A DNA stretch of 64,000 bases. Origin: Candidatus Sericytochromatia bacterium (lineage in GTDB: Bacteria > Cyanobacteriota > Sericytochromatia > S15B-MN24 > UBA4093). Positions 47,461 through 61,392 of this stretch are shown in pieces. The first letter of the stretch is position 1; the number at the start of each line of letters is the position of its first letter. The DNA lies in the NCBI GenBank assembly GCA_036676985.1, contig JAKFBU010000027.1, positions 96,001 to 160,000 on the forward strand, given 5' to 3'. The notes under the pieces are model-generated. The model was not told the DNA's origin. It made no database searches and was given only the letters and a program-made list of their open reading frames with translations. A program made the translations under genes and the position numbers.

Positions 47461-48192
47461 ATGGCGCAATCTGACGACTTTTCAGCGCTCGCAAATCAAG
47501 CGGCGGCCGATTTACCTCCCATCGGAGACCTCGCGGAGGTCCTCCAGGAGGTGCGGACCGCCCTTGCCGGGGTCGACAACGTCGGTCGGAGCGCGGACGA
47601 GCGCAATGCCTACGTGCTGGTGGACCGCGTGGTCGCGGCCCTGCGGCAGGCCTACCCGGCCTCCTTGTGCGCCCCCGGTTGCGGCCGGTGTTGCCGCATG
47701 CACCGGGCGCTCATCCGGGTGTATCGCTCCGAGTGGGAGCCCGTCGTCGATTACCTGCTGACCTGGCCCCAGGAGCGCCGCGACGATCTGATCGAGGCCT
47801 TCTACGCGCAATACGACCTGTACCTGCTGGACCTGCACGCCATCCAGCGGGCCATCGACGCGGGCGATCGCCCCAGGGTCACCGAGGAGGAGCTGCCCGT
47901 GAGCTGTCCGTTGCTCGTGGACGGCAGTTGCTCGGTCTATCCGGTGCGCCCCGCCATCTGCCGCGGCTACGGCCACTTCGAGCTGACCAACGGCCCGGGC
48001 GATCGCACCGAGGTCTTCGCCTGCCCGCCTCAGAAGGACGTGCTCGAGGCCCAGCTCGCGCCGACACCCGGTCTCAAGCTCCGCCTGCCGAGCTTCAACC
48101 CCTTCTACCAGGCCGTCAGCGACGTCTGTGCCGGCGAGGAGAAGCTGCTCATCCCCCTCTGGTTCGAGCGGAGCTTCCCCCGGCCGCGCTGA
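47461..48192 (+). CDS. YkgJ family cysteine-cluster protein (paralog of 41883-42716)
   Basis: CAPGCGRCC...CPLL...CSVYPVRPAICRGYG. Confidence 0.85.
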   Translation: MAQSDDFSALANQAAADLPPIGDLAEVLQEVRTALAGVDNVGRSADERNAYVLVDRVVAALRQAYPASLCAPGCGRCCRMHRALIRVYRSEWEPVVDYLLTWPQERRDDLIEAFYAQYDLYLLDLHAIQRAIDAGDRPRVTEEELPVSCPLLVDGSCSVYPVRPAICRGYGHFELTNGPGDRTEVFACPPQKDVLEAQLAPTPGLKLRLPSFNPFYQAVSDVCAGEEKLLIPLWFERSFPRPR

Positions 48193-48212
48193 CTCAAGCG
48201 CCAAACCGCCTG

Positions 48213-48247
48213 ATTGCCTTGTATTGCAGGCAATGGCGTGCTTCAAT
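48213..48247 (+). promoter_or_regulatory. Possible operator/promoter ahead of the cluster
   Basis: ATTGCCT-N8-AGGCAAT inverted repeat overlapping TTGTAT-N17-TTCAAT. Confidence 0.35.
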
Positions 48248-48280
48248 GTCAGAGTCGATCGCCCCCATGTCAGGAGACGT

Positions 48281-51062
<2,782 letters not shown>

Positions 51063-51088
<26 letters not shown>

Positions 51089-51944
51089 CCCCGAGCCCAC
51101 GCTCGCGAGGGATCCGGCGCTCGGCCTCTGGAACCAGTGGTACGCCGTGTCCCCGGTTGGCCGTCTGTCGAACGAACGTGAGGTCTTCCGGGTGGCGGGC
51201 CGCGAGGTGGCGCTCACCCGGGGGGCGGAGGGACGCATCCTGGCAGAGGAGGGGACGATCCTCGAGCAGGACGCCTACGTGTGGCTATTCGTCGGAGACG
51301 GCGAGCCTAACGGCCGGCCTGCGCCCCTCGGGCTCTTCCACCGCCAGGGTTATGCCTTCTCGCAGCGCACGGTCCGCGTGCGGGCCGATTATCGCTGGGT
51401 GCTCGAGAACTCGCTGGACTTCTCGCACGGGGCGATCGCCCACCCCTTCACCCAGCCGAGCTGGCTCTTGAAGCACCTCAAGGGTTTACCCCCCCTCGAG
51501 GCCACCTACCGGCCGACGCCGGAAGGCCTCGAGGTCGTCGGCAAGCTCGGAAAGCTGACGGTCTTCCACCACAGCTTCATGCTGCCGGACCGCCTCCGCC
51601 TCGTGATCCTGCCGGGCACGCCGTTCGAGGTGGAGATCGTCGTGCTCCACGTCCCCGAGGATCGCCGCAGCTGCCGGATGGAGGTCGCCCTCGCCCGCCG
51701 AGCCCTGCCCTGGGAGGGCCGCACGCCGCGCTTCGTGCATGGCTCCCTGCTGGTGCACCGCCAGGACGTCGTGATCGTCGAGGCCCAGCAGGCAGCGCTC
51801 GACGCCGGTCCTGCCATCGGCGAGCGGCACTGCGAGGCGGACGCCTACACCCTGCTCATGCGCCGCGTCCTCGCGGCCGCGGCCGACGGCGGCTGGGACC
51901 CGGGCCCGGGCGAGAGCCGGTCCATCCGGATGCGGGTGTCGTAG
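51063..51944 (+). CDS. Rieske oxygenase catalytic subunit lacking Rieske cluster ligands
   Basis: NQWYAV...YVWLF scaffold with no CxH/CxxH; mononuclear-iron motif ENSLDFSHGAIAH and RQD. Confidence 0.75.
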
Positions 51945-51945
51945 C

Positions 51946-52290
51946 ATGGACGGCTGGATCCAGGCCTGTCCCCGGGCCGACCTCAAGGGCAAGAAGCCCC
52001 TGAGCGTGCAGATCGGCGAATGGCCGGTGGTTCTGTTCCGGGGGGACGGCGGCATGCCGTGGGCGCTGCTTGACCGCTGCCCCCACCGGGGCGTCCCGCT
52101 CTCCCTCGGATCGGTCTGCCGCGGGCGCATCGTCTGCTGCTACCACGGCTGGGAGTTCGACGGGGACGGCCGCTGCACGCACATCCCCTCCAACGTCGAG
52201 CCCACCGCGCCGAAGGCCATGGTGGCGCGCTTCGAGGTCAAGGAAGCGGCGGGGTACGTGTGGGTCCGCCCTACGCCGCAGGAGCCTTGA
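51946..52290 (+). CDS. Stand-alone Rieske [2Fe-2S] domain protein
   Basis: DRCPHRG...CCYHGWEFDGDGRC. Confidence 0.92.
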   Translation: MDGWIQACPRADLKGKKPLSVQIGEWPVVLFRGDGGMPWALLDRCPHRGVPLSLGSVCRGRIVCCYHGWEFDGDGRCTHIPSNVEPTAPKAMVARFEVKEAAGYVWVRPTPQEP

Positions 52291-52942
52291 AGCGGAGCTT
52301 GGCGAGAGCTTTCGGCCAGTAGAAGGTCAGAAGCATGAGGACCAGGTCCAGGTGCACCCCGATGACCGCCGTGCGCATCAGGGGGGTCAGGGTGGCGAAG
52401 CGCGGGCTGTTGTCCGCGAACCACAGGAAGTCCGTCCGGAACTCGACCGCGACGTAGAACATCCAGGCGAATAGCATCTCGCACCCGAGGGCCACCATCA
52501 TGACGTTCAGGAACCAGTGCATGCGCCGGTGGACGGGGTTCGTCAGGGCCGCGAGCTCTTCGCGCCAGCGCCAGCGCAGGCCCAGGAGCATGAGGATCAT
52601 GACGAGGTCATGGCCGATGCCGATGGGGGGGACCCAGGCCTTGGGGCCGTACATGAGGTAGAGTTCGCCCACGCCCCGGATCATGAAGCCCAGGAAGAAC
52701 AGGCCGTACAGGCGTCGCAGCACCGGCGGGACGCGCCGATTGAGCCAGAAGGCGCACGGCAGCATGAACCACGTCGCCAGCGCGTAGGTGAGCCAGAGGG
52801 CGTTCTCCATGGTGATGGGACCGCCCAGCCTATCCGGCTGGTTCTGGTGGAAGAAGTAGGCGACGCCCGTCGCGTACAGGATCCCGAGCGCCAGAAGCGG
52901 GATGGGGCCGTGGATCCGGGGAGATGGTGTGCTGGCAGCCAT
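52271..52942 (-). CDS. Hypothetical integral membrane protein
   Basis: About six TM segments; W-PP-GIGHD; host codon usage. Confidence 0.7.
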   Translation of the reverse strand: MAASTPSPRIHGPIPLLALGILYATGVAYFFHQNQPDRLGGPITMENALWLTYALATWFMLPCAFWLNRRVPPVLRRLYGLFFLGFMIRGVGELYLMYGPKAWVPPIGIGHDLVMILMLLGLRWRWREELAALTNPVHRRMHWFLNVMMVALGCEMLFAWMFYVAVEFRTDFLWFADNSPRFATLTPLMRTAVIGVHLDLVLMLLTFYWPKALAKLRFKAPAA

Positions 52943-53064
52943 GGCGGGTATTATGACATTGGCCACCACGTGGGGCAAGCTGCTTGGCCCGGTGGCCCTT
53001 GCACGGAGCCCCGACGCTTCGCCGACAGCGAACGCTGCCTCGACCCGGTCCCCGGAGCCTAGCG

Positions 53065-53667
53065 ATGCCCTTTGCCCTCAGCCTCATCCCCATCGACTGG
53101 ACGCCCGAGCCCTGGGCGGCTCGGGCCTTGAGCCTGCTCATCCTCGTGTGGGCCGCGAGCGAGGTGCTGTACCGCCTTAAAGGCGGCATCCGGAGCCGGG
53201 AGGACGGCAAGTCCAGCGAGGCCATCGGGCTTGCGATGCTCTTCAACCTGGCGGCCATCCCCCTGTTGGCCGCGTTGCGCGTGGGGACCGTGACCTGGCA
53301 CGCGGCGGAGCTCTCGGTGGTGGGGCTCGCGATCGCGGTACTCGGTACCGCGCTGCGGTACTGGGCGATCCTGACGCTGGGTCGCTTTTTCACGAGCGCG
53401 GTCATGATCCAGTCGGACCAGCGGCTGATCCAGCACGGGCCCTTCCGGCTGCTGCGGCATCCGGGTTACACCGGGGTGCTCCTGTTCGGGCTGGGCGTCG
53501 GGCTCGTGTTCGCCAACCCCCTCGCGAGCCTCGGCTTCATCCTCACGCAGGGGGCGGCGCTCATCTACCGGATCCGGGTCGAGGAGGCCGTGTTGCGGCA
53601 GTCGTTCGGGGTAGTCTTCGAGGACTACTCGCGCCGAACGTGGAAGCTGGTGCCGTTCGTCTACTAG
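53065..53667 (+). CDS. ICMT/PEMT-family membrane methyltransferase
   Basis: LGRFF, GPFRLLRHPGYTG, RIRVEEAVL, Y..RTWKLVPFVY. Confidence 0.9.
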   Translation: MPFALSLIPIDWTPEPWAARALSLLILVWAASEVLYRLKGGIRSREDGKSSEAIGLAMLFNLAAIPLLAALRVGTVTWHAAELSVVGLAIAVLGTALRYWAILTLGRFFTSAVMIQSDQRLIQHGPFRLLRHPGYTGVLLFGLGVGLVFANPLASLGFILTQGAALIYRIRVEEAVLRQSFGVVFEDYSRRTWKLVPFVY

Positions 53668-53680
53668 CGGCAGGGAACGC

Positions 53681-54467
<787 letters not shown>

Positions 54468-54569
54468 GCCCGCCCCCTCGATCAAAGGAGAGTTTATGCT
54501 TAGGTTATACCCAGGTTATGGGAAAACCTGACGTGCCGTTGGCGGACGGTCGTAACGATTTGTGGCGGG

Positions 54570-55673
54570 CTAGCGCAGGCCGAGGTGCTCGGACAGGGAC
54601 GGGTTGTGCTTCCGCTTCCAGACGTAGCCGTCCATGACGTAGTGGATGACGTTGTAGAAGACCACCAGGGCGATGGCGACGGTCGGTGGGGAGACGGCGA
54701 GCGTCAGGATGACGACCACGGAATAGAGGAAGGCCACGCCGAAGTAGCTCCAGACCCGGTTGTCCCGGGCGAGCCGGTCCAGGAAGGCGAGCGGACGGCC
54801 CGCGGCGGCGAAGGCACCGCTGCGCCCCCGGTGGAAGTTCCACACGAAGCCCCAGTACTGGAGGTCGTGGTAAGTGATGAAGATGGCGAGCGTCAGCAGG
54901 TAGTCCTTGGTCGGCACGAGGCCGAAGGCGACGCCGTAGGACACGGCCGCCGCCAGCGCGAGCGCCACGTGGCCCTGGGGAAAGGGCTTCTGCTCCTGGT
55001 GGCGCCGCAGCAGGACGTGGACGGTCTGCGCCAGGAAGACGCCCATGGCCGCGAGGTAGGGCAATAGCAGCCAGCTCGGCATCTGGGGCGTGAGCAGCGT
55101 GAAGGTCTGGATCCCGACCACCACCTCGATGGGCGGCATCTGCCAGACGTAGAAGACGGGCAGCGCGAAGGTCAGCGTGCACAGCCGGTGGAAGGGCAAG
55201 AGGTCCCGGAAGACGCTCGCATCCCCGTGCACCTGCGCGTACTTGGCGTCGTAGATCTTCAGAATGCCGAGGTGCTGCTTGAAGATGTGGTAGACGCCGT
55301 ACATGGTGACGGCCGTGAAGAACAGGTCCCAGCCGCCGAAGGCCTGCGTGAGCGGAACGGCCGCCATCATGGCGCCGGTGACGGCGAACGAGATGCCGAA
55401 CGTCTGCCAGGTATAGAGCCCGCGTGCGCTCTGAGGCAGCGTCACGGCCCAGGTCAGCCAGAGATGGGGGGTCGCGAAGCAGGCCACGTAGACGAGGTAG
55501 AGGGGCCAGACGCTCGCGGATCCGACCAGCCAGTAGATAGGGAGGTACAGGAGCAGCGGCACGGCCAGCGAGAGCACGAACCAGCCGAGATCCGTCCGAC
55601 GGCCGAAGATCCAGTAGCCCGAGGCGGAGTCCGGCGTGGTCGATGAGGCCTGCGTGAGTTGAAGGGTTGCCAT
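54570..55673 (-). CDS. Polytopic membrane protein with four spaced His motifs
   Basis: PHLWLT, YHIFKQH, YHDLQY, HYVMDGYVWK; GGGAG RBS. Confidence 0.7.
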   Translation of the reverse strand: MATLQLTQASSTTPDSASGYWIFGRRTDLGWFVLSLAVPLLLYLPIYWLVGSASVWPLYLVYVACFATPHLWLTWAVTLPQSARGLYTWQTFGISFAVTGAMMAAVPLTQAFGGWDLFFTAVTMYGVYHIFKQHLGILKIYDAKYAQVHGDASVFRDLLPFHRLCTLTFALPVFYVWQMPPIEVVVGIQTFTLLTPQMPSWLLLPYLAAMGVFLAQTVHVLLRRHQEQKPFPQGHVALALAAAVSYGVAFGLVPTKDYLLTLAIFITYHDLQYWGFVWNFHRGRSGAFAAAGRPLAFLDRLARDNRVWSYFGVAFLYSVVVILTLAVSPPTVAIALVVFYNVIHYVMDGYVWKRKHNPSLSEHLGLR

Positions 55674-55808
55674 CTCGTACTCCCTGGGGTCGACGCCTCT
55701 CCCTTTTTACCCGGATGGCGCGCGCTCCCCTCGGCGGGTTGCGCGCGGGTCCGAAGCGGGTATGAAACCACGGAAACGCCCCTTCTGCACCACCGAGGCT
55801 ATGTCACG

Positions 55809-56843
55809 ATGCGCCACACCTCCGGCACCCTGCATGAAAACTGGTACGCTGCCTGCACGTCCGCCGAGCTCGGCAAGGACAAGCCGCTCGGACGCACGAT
55901 TATGAACGAGATGATCGCGGTCTACCGCGACCAGGACGGTAAGCCCGTGGCGCTCCTCGACCGTTGCCTGCACCGCAATGCCCTGTTGTCCGAGGGAGAC
56001 GTGTTCGACGGCTGCATCGGCTGCCCCTATCACGGCTGGACCTACAACTCCCAGGGCCAGTGCGTGAACATTCCCTCGGAGGGTCCCGAGACCTTCGTCC
56101 GCGAGGACAAGACCGTCGAGCGCTTCGCGACCATGGAGCGCGACGGCCTGGTCTGGGTCTACATGGGGGATCCAGACGACATCAAGAACGAGCCCTTCCG
56201 CATGCCCTTCTACAAGGGCGATGGCTGGGACTCGTACTACATGATCACGCCCTTCAAGAACAACGTGACGAACCTGGCCGAGAACTTCATGGACGTACCG
56301 CACACGGTCTTCGTGCACTCCAAGTGGTTCCGCAACCAGAAGCGGCAAAACGGCGAGGCCATGTGCCGCCGCACCGACTCCATGGTCGAGATCGAGTATC
56401 TGCACAAGGACGACATCGGCTTCGCGGACTGGGCCCTCAACCCGGATCGGCTGCCCATGACCCACTTCGACCGGTTCTACATGCCGAACGTCACCCGCGT
56501 GGACTACAGCTGGGGGAGCGAGCGCCACTTCGTCATCTCCTCGCAGATCACCCCCGTCTCCGAGTACGAGTCGATGGTCTACACGGCGATCGCCTTCCGC
56601 TTCGGAGCCCTCACCAAGCTCCTGAAGCCCTTCTTCCAGTGGTACACCCGTCAGGTCATCCAGCAGGACGTGGTGATCATGGACATCCAGTCCCGCGGGC
56701 TCAAGCACTACGGCCCCAAGTTCATGTCCACCGAGGCGGACGTGGTCCACGAGTACATCGAGTCCCTGCGCGAGCACGCGGAAAGGGGCGGCGTGGGCGA
56801 GAAGCCCGCGCCCGAGGAGCGCAAGATCAGCTTCTGGATCTGA
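55809..56843 (+). CDS. Rieske non-heme iron oxygenase (VanA/CAO-like)
   Basis: DRCLHRN...CPYHGW; ENFMDVPHTVFVH; QQD. Confidence 0.93.
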   Translation: MRHTSGTLHENWYAACTSAELGKDKPLGRTIMNEMIAVYRDQDGKPVALLDRCLHRNALLSEGDVFDGCIGCPYHGWTYNSQGQCVNIPSEGPETFVREDKTVERFATMERDGLVWVYMGDPDDIKNEPFRMPFYKGDGWDSYYMITPFKNNVTNLAENFMDVPHTVFVHSKWFRNQKRQNGEAMCRRTDSMVEIEYLHKDDIGFADWALNPDRLPMTHFDRFYMPNVTRVDYSWGSERHFVISSQITPVSEYESMVYTAIAFRFGALTKLLKPFFQWYTRQVIQQDVVIMDIQSRGLKHYGPKFMSTEADVVHEYIESLREHAERGGVGEKPAPEERKISFWI

Positions 56844-56902
56844 TCCCCTGTTCCGGATCGGGGTAGAATAGCGACACAGGCAAGCGAACGGGAGGCTGCA
56901 AC

Positions 56903-57982
56903 GTGAAGATTGCCGAATATCGCCGCGTGACGGATCCGCTGGTCCGGCCGGAGTCGTTCGAGAGCAACTGGCCGCTCTTCGTCCACACGATCGCCCACTT
57001 CGCCTTCATCACGGGCGCGAGCGTCGTGGTCGCGCGCAACCTCGGCCACTGGCCCCTCTGGCAGGTGCTCGCCGTCGCCGTCCTAACGGGCCACAGCGTG
57101 GCGTGCCTGGGCTTCTTGTCCCACGAGCTGGGCCACGGCGTGGCCACCCGGAGCAAGGTCGCGACCTACCTGTGGGAGACCTTCGCGTGGATCTACTCGC
57201 TCACCATCTGCGCGAGCATCCACCGCAAGGCGCACTTCATGCACCATGCGTACCTGAACAGCCCCAAAGATCCCAACGGCCGCCCCACCTTCGAGGAGAT
57301 CCAGACGGACCCCGGCAAGGTCGTGAGCGAGTGGCTCTTCCCCAACAGCAAGCATCCGCGGGCGAGCGCCTTTCTCGGCCTCTGGCTCGTCAACCTCGTC
57401 TACCAGCTGAAGCTGCTGTTCAACTCGCTCCTCCAGACCCGCGGCCGCTTCGACATGCGCATCCCGCGCTGGCAGGCCTGGATGGGCGTGGCCGAGACCT
57501 TCGTCCTCAACCTGGGCGTCTACCTCGCCTTGTGGGCGCTGGGCGGCTTCCGCTGGGAGATGGCCGTCTACCTCTTGGTCATGAACTACGTGGGGACCAC
57601 CCTCGGTCTGGCCTACATCTGCACCAACCACTTGCTGAACCCGGCCCTCGAGGACCACGTGGACCCGCTCGCCCTGAGCCTGACGATCCGGGTGCCGGCC
57701 TGGGCGGACTTCTTCCACGTGCGGTTCTCGCACCACAACGAGCATCACCTCTACCCCAAGGCGGGCCCCGCGAACTACCCGCGGATCCGCCGGGCCCTCA
57801 AGGAGCACTTCGGCGATCGCTACAACGAGCTCACCTTCGTCGAGGCCTACCGCGAGATCCTGAGGAGCCCCATCGCGCACCTGGATCCCCAGACGCTCGT
57901 CGACATCGATGGCCAGGGCAGTCGCCGCGTCACCTTCCCCGCCCCCGAGGCCCGCGTCGAGACGGCCATCTCGGCCTCCTGA
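56903..57982 (+). CDS. Membrane fatty-acid desaturase
   Basis: His boxes HELGH, HRKAHFMHH, HNEHHLYP; GGGAGG RBS, GTG start. Confidence 0.92.
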   Translation: MKIAEYRRVTDPLVRPESFESNWPLFVHTIAHFAFITGASVVVARNLGHWPLWQVLAVAVLTGHSVACLGFLSHELGHGVATRSKVATYLWETFAWIYSLTICASIHRKAHFMHHAYLNSPKDPNGRPTFEEIQTDPGKVVSEWLFPNSKHPRASAFLGLWLVNLVYQLKLLFNSLLQTRGRFDMRIPRWQAWMGVAETFVLNLGVYLALWALGGFRWEMAVYLLVMNYVGTTLGLAYICTNHLLNPALEDHVDPLALSLTIRVPAWADFFHVRFSHHNEHHLYPKAGPANYPRIRRALKEHFGDRYNELTFVEAYREILRSPIAHLDPQTLVDIDGQGSRRVTFPAPEARVETAISAS

Positions 57983-57989
57983 CGACGCC

Positions 57990-60260
57990 TTGGACTCGCG
58001 CAGCTCCGGAGGCTTCTGGGCCCTCTGCTCGCGGCTCGGTGACTGGTCCGCCCGCCACTGGGGGCGGGTCTTCGTTGTCTGGGCCGTGCTGCTCGGCCTG
58101 GCCGTCGCGAGCTCATCCGCCTTCTCGGATCGGCTCAAGGGCGGCATCGGGAGCGTGCCCGGCTCCGACTCCGAGGCCGTGGAGCGGGCACTCGCCACGG
58201 AGTTCGACTCCCCCTTCGCCCAGTTTTTGCTGGTCGTCGTGCAGCGGTCGGGCGATCGCCCCGTCGAGCCCTCCCTGATTGGCACCCTGACCGGGCGCCT
58301 CGAGGGAACGCCCGGCGTCTCCCGCGTGATGCCCTGGCCCACGATCCCCGATCGACCGGCCATCCTCCTGGTGGGACTGGATGCCGGAAGCCTCGAGGAC
58401 GCGGAGCGCCTGGTCACCCCCTTGCGCCGGGTGGTGCGCGAGGTCGGGACCGCCCATCCCGAGGCCTCGCTGCTCGTCACGGGCCAGCCCGCCTTCGACG
58501 TGGACCTCGCGGCCCACAGCGCGGAGCAATCCTCTGCGGGCGAGCGCCGGGTGCTGCCCTTGACTCTGCTGGCCCTCCTGATCGCGTTCGGGGCCCTCGG
58601 GGCCGCGGCGGCACCGTTGCTGAGCGGAGCCGCCGCCGTGTTGCTTGCGCTCGGCGTCGTCTCCCTGATCGCAGCCCTTATGCCCCTCTCCCTCTATGCC
58701 GCCAACATCGCGACCATGCTGGGGCTGGGCCTGGGCATCGACTATGCGCTCTTCGTCGTGAGCCGCATCCGCGAAGAGGCGGACGCCGACGCCCAGGCGG
58801 GAGTGCGCCGGGCCATCCGGCATGCGGCCCCGGCCATCGTGGGCTCGGCGGGCACCGTCCTCATCGGGCTCATGGTGCTTGCGAGCGTGCCGGTCCAGGA
58901 CATGGTCGGCATCGGCATCGGCGGCGCGGCGGTGGCCCTGAGCTCTGCGCTCGCGGGCATCACCCTCCTGCCGGCCCTCGCCGCCTGCATGGGGCGGCGC
59001 CTGGATTCCCCACGCTGGCTCTCGAGGCGGCTCGGCACCCACCGCCACCGCGCCTGGTGGGAGGCCCGGGCCCGCTGGGTCGTCGCGCACCCCAAGCGAT
59101 CGGTGATACTCGCGACCGCCGGCCTCCTGGTGCTCGCCGCCCCCATCGCCCGACTGGACCTCGGCTTTCCGGAGGCCAGCACGTTCCCGTCGCGCATGGA
59201 GGCCATCCAGGGGCTGGAAGTCCTGGATGCCCAGGGGATGGGCGGGGCGAGCCGGCCGGTCGTCATGATGCTGACGCTGCCGGAGGGGCAGCATGTCCTT
59301 ACTCGGGAGGCGATCGCGGGACTGACCCGGCTGACGGCTCAGCTACGCGCGGACCCCAGGGTCCAGGACGTCCTCGCCCTCGCGGATCCCCAGCGGGGGG
59401 CTGCCGAACTGCTCATGGGCGCAGGCGTCCTGGGCCCCGAGCAGCTCCGGGCCCGCCTCCCCGAGGAGGGGCGCTGGCTCGTAAGTCGGGATGGACGCCG
59501 CACCTACCTCCAGGTCATCCTCCGGCAAGAGGTCTCCAACTACGCCGCCACCCGCTACAGCGAGGAGTTCGCGCGCCGGGACCTCGCCGCCATTCCGGGG
59601 CTCCAGGCGGCAAGCATCCAGATGGGCGGCATGCCGGGACTGCAGAGCGATCTGACGCTCGCGGCCCGGGACGCCATGCCGCGCATCCTGCTCCTGGTGG
59701 TCGCCGCCACCCTCCTGATGCTCTTCGCCATGACCCGCTCGTGGCTCATTCCCCTCAAGGCCGTGCTCGCGAACCTCGTGACGGTCGCAGCGGCCCTGGG
59801 CGTCACGGTCGCCCTCTTCCGATCCGAGTGGGGGTCGGCCCTGCTCGGCCTCGAGGCCCCCGTCGCCGCCATGGCCCCGGGCATCCCCATGGTCGTCTTC
59901 TGCGTGGTCTTCGGGCTGTCCATGGACTACGAGGTCTTCCTCATCTCGCGCATGCGCGAGGCCCACCTGGCAGGTGCTTCCAACGCCGAGGCCGTGGTGC
60001 GGGGCGTCGGTGCGAGCGGCAGCGTCATCACCAGCGCGGCTGTGATCATGGCCATCGTCTTCGGCGGCTTCGCGCTGACCGAGTTGCTGCCCATCCAGAT
60101 GCTTGGCGTTGCCCTCGCCGTCGGAGTGGTGCTCGATGCGACGGTGGTGAGGCTGTGGCTCGTGCCGGGGCTCATGGTGCTCGCCGGCCGCTACAACTGG
60201 ATGCCCGGCGATCGCCCGACCAACTCGCCGGCCTCTGCGCCCATGTCCCTGGATACTTGA
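57990..60260 (+). CDS. MMPL/RND lipid transporter (start uncertain)
   Basis: GLGIDYALFVVSRIRE; FGLSMDYEVFLISRMRE; VITSAAVIM; LDATVVR. Confidence 0.93.
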   Translation: MDSRSSGGFWALCSRLGDWSARHWGRVFVVWAVLLGLAVASSSAFSDRLKGGIGSVPGSDSEAVERALATEFDSPFAQFLLVVVQRSGDRPVEPSLIGTLTGRLEGTPGVSRVMPWPTIPDRPAILLVGLDAGSLEDAERLVTPLRRVVREVGTAHPEASLLVTGQPAFDVDLAAHSAEQSSAGERRVLPLTLLALLIAFGALGAAAAPLLSGAAAVLLALGVVSLIAALMPLSLYAANIATMLGLGLGIDYALFVVSRIREEADADAQAGVRRAIRHAAPAIVGSAGTVLIGLMVLASVPVQDMVGIGIGGAAVALSSALAGITLLPALAACMGRRLDSPRWLSRRLGTHRHRAWWEARARWVVAHPKRSVILATAGLLVLAAPIARLDLGFPEASTFPSRMEAIQGLEVLDAQGMGGASRPVVMMLTLPEGQHVLTREAIAGLTRLTAQLRADPRVQDVLALADPQRGAAELLMGAGVLGPEQLRARLPEEGRWLVSRDGRRTYLQVILRQEVSNYAATRYSEEFARRDLAAIPGLQAASIQMGGMPGLQSDLTLAARDAMPRILLLVVAATLLMLFAMTRSWLIPLKAVLANLVTVAAALGVTVALFRSEWGSALLGLEAPVAAMAPGIPMVVFCVVFGLSMDYEVFLISRMREAHLAGASNAEAVVRGVGASGSVITSAAVIMAIVFGGFALTELLPIQMLGVALAVGVVLDATVVRLWLVPGLMVLAGRYNWMPGDRPTNSPASAPMSLDT

Positions 60261-60363
60261 TCGATTTGCACAAGAAATGGTGGCAGCGCGGCTATTTTGA
60301 CGCTCGGTCGCTCCTGCGAGCATAGGGGCGATCGTTCCCCGATACGCAGCGAGGTACGTTGTC

Positions 60364-61008
60364 ATGATCCGAGGAAGGTTGCTTGCGATCGCCGGACTCT
60401 GCCTGGCGACCGCCCTGGTGGGCTGCCCCCGCTCCAAGCTGCCCTCGACGGCAGACCCCAAGGTCGCCGATAACTCCAACCAGTTCCCGCCGCCGCCCCC
60501 CTGGAAGGTCCCCCCCAACCAGGAGACGCGGCTCGCCATGGCGGGCTTGCCGACCGTCGCGAACGCCCACCAGCAGCCTTTCCACATCCATGCCGGCCTG
60601 CGGATCTTCTACAACGGCGAGCCTGTCCCCGTGCCGGCGAAGATCGGCCTCAATCGGTACGACGACCCCGTGAGCCCGGTGCACACCCACCGCGGCACCG
60701 GCGTCGTCCACGTGGAGTACGACGAACCGCGGGAGTTCACGCTCGGCCAGCTCTTCACGCTGTGGGGCGTTCCCCTCGGCAAGGCGACGGTCCTGGTCGA
60801 CGGACAGACTGCCCCGGACCCGGCCCGGGTGGTCTTCATCGACAAGCGTCAAATCGTCGTCCTGTTCGGGCCGCCGCCCGACGGCCCGATCGCCTGGCCG
60901 GAGCCCGAGGCTCCAGACGAGGGACCCGGCGATCATGGATCCCCGAGCCCGCAGTCCAGCCCGGTGGCTACGGCCAGCCCGGAAGCCACGGCCAGCGTGG
61001 CCCCATAA
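60364..61008 (+). CDS. Lipoprotein with His-rich putative metal site
   Basis: LVGC lipobox; FHIH, PVHTH, VVHVE, FTLGQLF..WG. Confidence 0.7.
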   Translation: MIRGRLLAIAGLCLATALVGCPRSKLPSTADPKVADNSNQFPPPPPWKVPPNQETRLAMAGLPTVANAHQQPFHIHAGLRIFYNGEPVPVPAKIGLNRYDDPVSPVHTHRGTGVVHVEYDEPREFTLGQLFTLWGVPLGKATVLVDGQTAPDPARVVFIDKRQIVVLFGPPPDGPIAWPEPEAPDEGPGDHGSPSPQSSPVATASPEATASVAP

Positions 61009-61062
61009 AGCCTACGTTCCCGGCCGTCCGGAGGGTCGGCCGGGACGAGGCGACGGCCGCGC

Positions 61063-61266
61063 CTACAGGTTGCAGGTCTGTTCCCCGGAGAGATCCGGGA
61101 CCGGCGTCTCCGCGGCCGACATGGGCGCGATCGGACCGCTGTCGACGATGGTCGCGGACTCCGGCGTGGGATTGGGACCGGTCACGTTGTGGTGGCCGAA
61201 GCACCCCGTGAGCGAGCCCGAGAGGGCAGCGACGGCCGCCAGGGCAAGGATGGGTCGACGTGGCAT
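61063..61266 (-). CDS. Small lipoprotein (67 aa)
   Basis: GGAGG RBS; LTGC lipobox. Confidence 0.55.
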   Translation of the reverse strand: MPRRPILALAAVAALSGSLTGCFGHHNVTGPNPTPESATIVDSGPIAPMSAAETPVPDLSGEQTCNL

Positions 61267-61392
61267 GAGGAACCTCCGCTTCGGTAACGAACCGTTCAGA
61301 CAAGGGTCATGCTACGACCAAGGGAGGGTTCCCTCCTACGGCAAAACGGCCGAGGATTCAGGGAGGATCGCTCCGTCGGACGGGGAGAGCCG

